Program-made: the position numbers and the translations under genes
Notes under the pieces: model-generated
Databases searched by the model: none
What the model was told of the DNA's origin: nothing
Seen by the model: only the letters and a program-made list of their open reading frames with translations
Shown here: piece by piece, positions 54,211 to 58,469 of the stretch
Layout: every line of letters starts with the position of its first letter
Numbering within the stretch: position 1 is the stretch's first letter
NCBI GenBank assembly: GCA_041494685.1
Contig: JBGQBE010000015.1
Location: 1 to 58,469 of the forward strand
DNA from: Dehalococcoidia bacterium
GTDB lineage: Bacteria > Chloroflexota > Dehalococcoidia > DSTF01 > JACRBR01
Reading direction: 5' to 3'
DNA: 58,469 bases

Positions 54211-55476
54211 ATGCGCATCGCGCTCCTCGGGACGAACAACAAGATGTCGCCGCTGGACCTCCGGGAGCGGCTCGCGTTCTCGCCACACGAACTCGGGCCC
54301 GCCCTCGAAGCGATGAAGGCATACGTGCCCGAGGGTACGATCCTTTCGACGTGCCACCGCGTCGAGCTGTACGCGGCCGCGCCGAGCCTGCGCGGCGTGC
54401 GGGCAGCGCTCAAGCGCTTCTGGAGCGAGCAGCGGCACGTTTCCCGGCGGGGCCTCGATGAGCACCTCTACTACCTGGAAGACGAGCAGGCGGTAGCCCA
54501 CCTGTTCTCCGTGGCGAGCGGGATGGATTCCGCGATCATCGGCGAGCCGCAGATTCTCGGTCAGGTGCGAGGGGCGCTCGATCTGAGCCTCGAGCATCAC
54601 GCGACGGGGAGCGTGCTCTCCGGCCTCGTGCGGCAGGCGCTGACGGTCGGCAAGCGGATCCGCACGGAGACCGGCATCAGCCGCAACGCGGCGTCGATCA
54701 GCTCCGCGGCCGTCGAACTGGCGCGGGACACGTTCGGTGATCTGCGCACATCCCGCGTGCTGCTCATCGGCACCGGAAAGATGGGCGAACTGGCGGCGAG
54801 AAACCTGCTGAGCAAGGGCGTCGCCGGGTTCTCCGTGGCGGGCCGCACGCCAGCGCGGACGCGCCAACTGGCGCTCGAATGCGGCAGCGCCGTCGCGCTG
54901 ACCGAGCTCGAGCAGGCGCTCCCGCAGTGCGACATCGTCATCAGTTGCACCAGCGCTCCCCACCACGTCATCAGCAGGGAGATGGTGGAGCAGGCCATGC
55001 GAGAGCGCTCGGGCCAGCCGCTCTTCCTGATCGACATTGCCGTCCCGCGCGACGTCGAGCCGTCCGCAGGCGACGTCGAAGGCGTCCGCCTCTTCAACAT
55101 CGACGACCTGGAAGCTACCGTCAGGGCGAACGTGCGCGAGCGCTGGGCTGAGGCACCGAAGGCCTCGGCTATCATCGACGAATCGGTGGCGGCGTTCGAT
55201 TCATGGCTGGTCGCCCGCCGCGCCGTTCCGACGATCGCGGCGCTGCGCAAGCGCGCCGAGTCGATCCGGCAGACGGAGTTGGCACGCACCTCCGCCGTGC
55301 TCGCCCGCCTCTCCGAGGCCGACCGGCGGCGCATCGAAGCCCTCACGCTGGCCCTCCAGAAGAAGCTGCTGCACCAGTCGATCGCCCTGCTTCGTGCAGA
55401 GGCGGTGGCCGGCAACGGCCGCGCCACCGACCGCGCCGTCCGCCAGCTTTTCTCTCTCGACTCGACGCGCGCCTGA
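54211..55476 (+). CDS. hemA: Glutamyl-tRNA reductase
   Basis: RERLAF, LSTCHRVELY, HLFSVASGMDS, GEPQILGQV, IGTGKMG, DIAVPRDVE; start could be 54166. Confidence 0.93.
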   Translation: MRIALLGTNNKMSPLDLRERLAFSPHELGPALEAMKAYVPEGTILSTCHRVELYAAAPSLRGVRAALKRFWSEQRHVSRRGLDEHLYYLEDEQAVAHLFSVASGMDSAIIGEPQILGQVRGALDLSLEHHATGSVLSGLVRQALTVGKRIRTETGISRNAASISSAAVELARDTFGDLRTSRVLLIGTGKMGELAARNLLSKGVAGFSVAGRTPARTRQLALECGSAVALTELEQALPQCDIVISCTSAPHHVISREMVEQAMRERSGQPLFLIDIAVPRDVEPSAGDVEGVRLFNIDDLEATVRANVRERWAEAPKASAIIDESVAAFDSWLVARRAVPTIAALRKRAESIRQTELARTSAVLARLSEADRRRIEALTLALQKKLLHQSIALLRAEAVAGNGRATDRAVRQLFSLDSTRA

Positions 55477-55713
55477 ACGCGGAATCCGACGTGTCAGCCG
55501 TTGGTGCTACGATATAGCGCAGCCACGCAAGTAGTTGCGGTACTCGGGCGCTACGTCCGACAGGGAGGGGTCGAGCAGCGTTTCTGCGCCGGGCCCTGTT
55601 GTGTGGCGCAGCCAGAGACGGGCTCGGTCTGCCTGAGCCCTACCGCTCGCCAGTTGCACTCCGATGAAATGCCGATGAAGTGGCGCCCGATGATTGGGCG
55701 CCGGAGGTTGTCC

Positions 55714-57321
55714 GTGAATACGCTGTTCCATGCCCTGGGTCTGAAGGCCGAGATCTTGAAGGCCATCGACGGGCTCGGCTTCGAAGAGCCCTCGCCGATC
55801 CAGAAGCAGGCGATCCCGGCGCTCATGAGCGGCGCGGACGTCGTGGCGCAGGCGCCGACCGGTACCGGCAAGACGGCGGCCTTCGCGATCCCGATCATGG
55901 AGCGCATCGATCCCGCGCGACGGGTCGTGCAGGCGCTCGTGCTGGCGCCGACGCGCGAACTCGCGGTGCAGGTGGCCGAGGCGTCGCACGCGATCGGGCG
56001 GCACTGTCGGGTGAGCGTGCTGCCGGTGTACGGGGGGCAGGCGTACGACCACCAGCTGCGCGGGCTGCGCGCGGGCGCGCATCTCGTCGTGGGCACGCCG
56101 GGTCGCGTGATGGACCACATCCGGCGCGGCACGTTGCAGCTGGACGGCGTTCGCATGGTCGTGCTCGACGAGGCCGACGAGATGCTGGACATGGGCTTCA
56201 TCGACGACATCGAGTTCATCCTCGATCGCACTCCGGAAGGGCGGCAGATGGCGCTGTTCTCCGCCACGATGCCGCCGCGGATCCAGGCGCTGGCGCGCCG
56301 CTACATGCGCGATCCGCAGGTGATCTCGCTGGCGCACGAAGCGCAGGCAGTGCCGCTAACGCACCAGGTCTACTACGAGACGCCCCCGCGCGGGAAGCGG
56401 GACGCGCTGATGGGCGTGCTGGACATGCAGTCGCCTCGCTCCGCCATCATCTTCTGCCGCACGCGAATGGAGGCGGGCGACCTCGCGTCGACGCTGCAGG
56501 CGCGTGGATATGCCGCGGAGGCGATCCACGGCGACATCAGCCAGGCACAGCGCGAGCGCGTGCTGAAGGGCTTTCGGGAGAGCCGCGTGACCCTGCTGGT
56601 TGCCACCGACGTGGCCGCGCGCGGCCTCGACATCCCGGACGTGTCGCACGTCATCAACTACGACATCCCCGACGACGCGGACGCGTACGTGCACCGCATC
56701 GGCCGCACGGGGCGGATGGGCCGCAAAGGCGAGGCGATCACGCTCGTGACGCCGCGCGAGATGCGGCTGCTGCGCGTGATCGAGAAGGACATCCGCAGGA
56801 AACTGAAGCCACTACAGCTGCCGACGCCGCAGGACGTCGCCGCCAGCCGCCGGAAGGTGTTCCTCGAATCACTGCGCGGCGTGCTGCGGAGCGGCACGTC
56901 CGAGCCGTACGGACTCGTCGCGGAGGAGCTCTCGGAGGAATTCAGCGCGATGGAGATCGCGGCCGGCGCGATCCAGCTCGCGTTCGAGGGTGCGGCGGGC
57001 CCGGCGCTTCCGACGGCCGCGGCCGTCGAGCAAGCAGCCGCGCGGGCTGCCGCGCCGCCCGAAGAGGTGACGCGTCTCGTGCTCGGCGCCGGGCGACGCC
57101 GCGGCATCCGTCCCGGCGACGTGGTGAAGGGCATCGCGACCGCAGCCGGTATCCCCGGCTCGTCGATCGGCAACATCGACGTGCGAGATGACCAGACGTT
57201 CGTTGAGATCAAGGGTCCGGCGGCAGCGAAGGTGCTGGAGCTCGTGCGGATCCTCAAGTTCCGCGGTGGCCAGGCGACGCTGGGCCTCGCGGGCGCCGCG
57301 GCGGCGAAGCGCGCGCGCTAG
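55714..57321 (+). CDS. deaD: DEAD-box RNA helicase with DbpA-type C-terminal domain
   Basis: GGAGG then GTG; PTGTGKT, PTRELA, DEADEM, SAT, ARGLD, HRIGRTGR, IRPGDVV. Confidence 0.93.
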   Translation: MNTLFHALGLKAEILKAIDGLGFEEPSPIQKQAIPALMSGADVVAQAPTGTGKTAAFAIPIMERIDPARRVVQALVLAPTRELAVQVAEASHAIGRHCRVSVLPVYGGQAYDHQLRGLRAGAHLVVGTPGRVMDHIRRGTLQLDGVRMVVLDEADEMLDMGFIDDIEFILDRTPEGRQMALFSATMPPRIQALARRYMRDPQVISLAHEAQAVPLTHQVYYETPPRGKRDALMGVLDMQSPRSAIIFCRTRMEAGDLASTLQARGYAAEAIHGDISQAQRERVLKGFRESRVTLLVATDVAARGLDIPDVSHVINYDIPDDADAYVHRIGRTGRMGRKGEAITLVTPREMRLLRVIEKDIRRKLKPLQLPTPQDVAASRRKVFLESLRGVLRSGTSEPYGLVAEELSEEFSAMEIAAGAIQLAFEGAAGPALPTAAAVEQAAARAAAPPEEVTRLVLGAGRRRGIRPGDVVKGIATAAGIPGSSIGNIDVRDDQTFVEIKGPAAAKVLELVRILKFRGGQATLGLAGAAAAKRAR

Positions 57322-58469
57322 GGCGCCGACGCCCTCACCCCCGGCCCCTCTCCCTCAAGGGGAGAGGGGAGCCCGGTAGACGGGAAGCGTGAGTCCGCCG
57401 TCCGTCGCAGGTACTCCGGCGGGCGATCTTCGGCCTGCTTCGGAGCAACGGATGGTGCCACGCCGGCGGCGTCGCGCAGGGCCGCGAACTCTTCATCGGC
57501 GTACGCCGCAAGCGCCTCGATGCCTGCCGGCGCGTCCGCATCGATCGAGAGGCTGAAGTACATGCGGGTGTCGTAGCTCATGACCGCGAAGCTGACGCCC
57601 ATGCGCCATCCGAGCGGCACCCACGCGTAGTGGTCCAGCATGCGGTGCCCCATCAGGTAGAGCGGCGCCAGCGGGCCCTGCACGTTGGTGACCTGGACGT
57701 TCGAGAGCCAGTTCGGCATCGTGAGCGTCTGACCGAGGAACGCGCCGCCCGGCGCCGGCAGGGCGCCGATGATGGCCAGCAACTGGTCGACACCGTCGGC
57801 CTGATGCGCTTCCTTCAGCGACTTCGTCTCCGCGGTGATCGTGGCAAACCTCTTCAGCGGGTCGCGCTCGCCCACCGGCAGTCCGACGAGCATGTACGAC
57901 ACGCGGTTCCCCAGGCTCCCCTCTTCGTCGCGGTGGCGGACATTCACCGGCGCCGCCGAGCGCAGGACGAGATCGGCCGTCATGGCGCCGGTGCGTTCGA
58001 GGTAGCGGCCGAACGCACCGGCGATGATGGTCAGGACCGCGTCGTTCACCTTGCCGCCCAGCTTGCGGGCGACGGCGCGCAGGTCTTCGAGTGGCACGGA
58101 CTGCCACGCGAGGCGCGTCGGGCCGGCCAGCGGCTTGTTCCACGGCATGGCGGGCGCCGGCACGGCGAAGTACTTGCCCGCCGCGCCGAAGGCCCGGACG
58201 ATTCCGGCCGCCGTCTTGATGACGGATTCCGGCTCGAGCATTGCGCGGACAACGCGCTCGTTCAGCCGCAACTGGTCGATCGCGGCGTCGAAGAAAGCGT
58301 CAGTGGCGAGCGATGCCAGGCTCGGAATCGGCGGCGCGGCGCGGTGCTGCCGTTTGCGCATCTTACGCGGTGTTGGGTCGAAGTCGAGCAGCGCGGCGAG
58401 CAAGCTGACGCCGCTGACGCCGTCGATCATGCAGTGGTGGACCTTGGCGAGATGCGCCGTGCGCGCACC
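57318..58469 (-). CDS. Wax ester synthase/diacylglycerol acyltransferase (partial, starts beyond window)
   Basis: Frame extends to edge: KVHHCMIDGVSG (HHxxxDG), KVNDAVL, PVNVR, GNRVS, TNVQGP, SY. Confidence 0.88.
   Translation of the reverse strand, partial: GARTAHLAKVHHCMIDGVSGVSLLAALLDFDPTPRKMRKRQHRAAPPIPSLASLATDAFFDAAIDQLRLNERVVRAMLEPESVIKTAAGIVRAFGAAGKYFAVPAPAMPWNKPLAGPTRLAWQSVPLEDLRAVARKLGGKVNDAVLTIIAGAFGRYLERTGAMTADLVLRSAAPVNVRHRDEEGSLGNRVSYMLVGLPVGERDPLKRFATITAETKSLKEAHQADGVDQLLAIIGALPAPGGAFLGQTLTMPNWLSNVQVTNVQGPLAPLYLMGHRMLDHYAWVPLGWRMGVSFAVMSYDTRMYFSLSIDADAPAGIEALAAYADEEFAALRDAAGVAPSVAPKQAEDRPPEYLRRTADSRFPSTGLPSPLEGEGPGVRASAP
57332..57369. repeat. REP-like palindromic element CCCTCACCCC..CCCTCTCCC-N-GGGAGAGGG
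   Basis: CCCTCACCCCCGGCCCCTCTCCC-TCAAG-GGGAGAGGGG; encodes LPSPLEGEGPGVR at the WS/DGAT C-terminus. Confidence 0.6.

Overview
High-GC bacterial window. The Pro/Thr-tailed secreted proteins, mycofactocin-type SDR, System II cytochrome maturation and absence of outer-membrane genes suggest a monoderm, probably Chloroflexota/Dehalococcoidia-like (inference only). Left part (1-30 kb): tRNA-Glu followed by a small lower-GC insert with a frameshifted radical SAM gene and a methyltransferase; a TetR-controlled haloalkane dehalogenase/MBL-hydrolase unit with three visible operators; and a lipid/steroid-like catabolic block. That block has three paralogous Tat-less DMSO-reductase type II (EbdA/S25dA/NarG-like) alpha subunits, one beta subunit, thiolase, acyl-CoA dehydrogenase and CoA-transferase. 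Right part (30.5-55.5 kb): a self-contained multiheme-cytochrome island. It encodes a secreted hexaheme cytochrome whose motif order matches the Geobacter OmcS nanowire protein, a pentaheme partner, NHL and TPR proteins, a NarX/NarL-type two-component system, and a hexaheme-NrfC-NrfD quinol module with NrfD fused to an NHL propeller. It also encodes a tungsten-type AOR interrupted by an in-frame TAG, complete ResABC/CcdA maturation, the Ahb heme pathway and HemA. This island is the best candidate for an undescribed system: an OmcS-like extracellular electron transfer conduit in a non-Geobacter, probably monoderm, host. The window ends with deaD and a partial WS/DGAT. All family calls come from motif recognition by eye; no searches were run.
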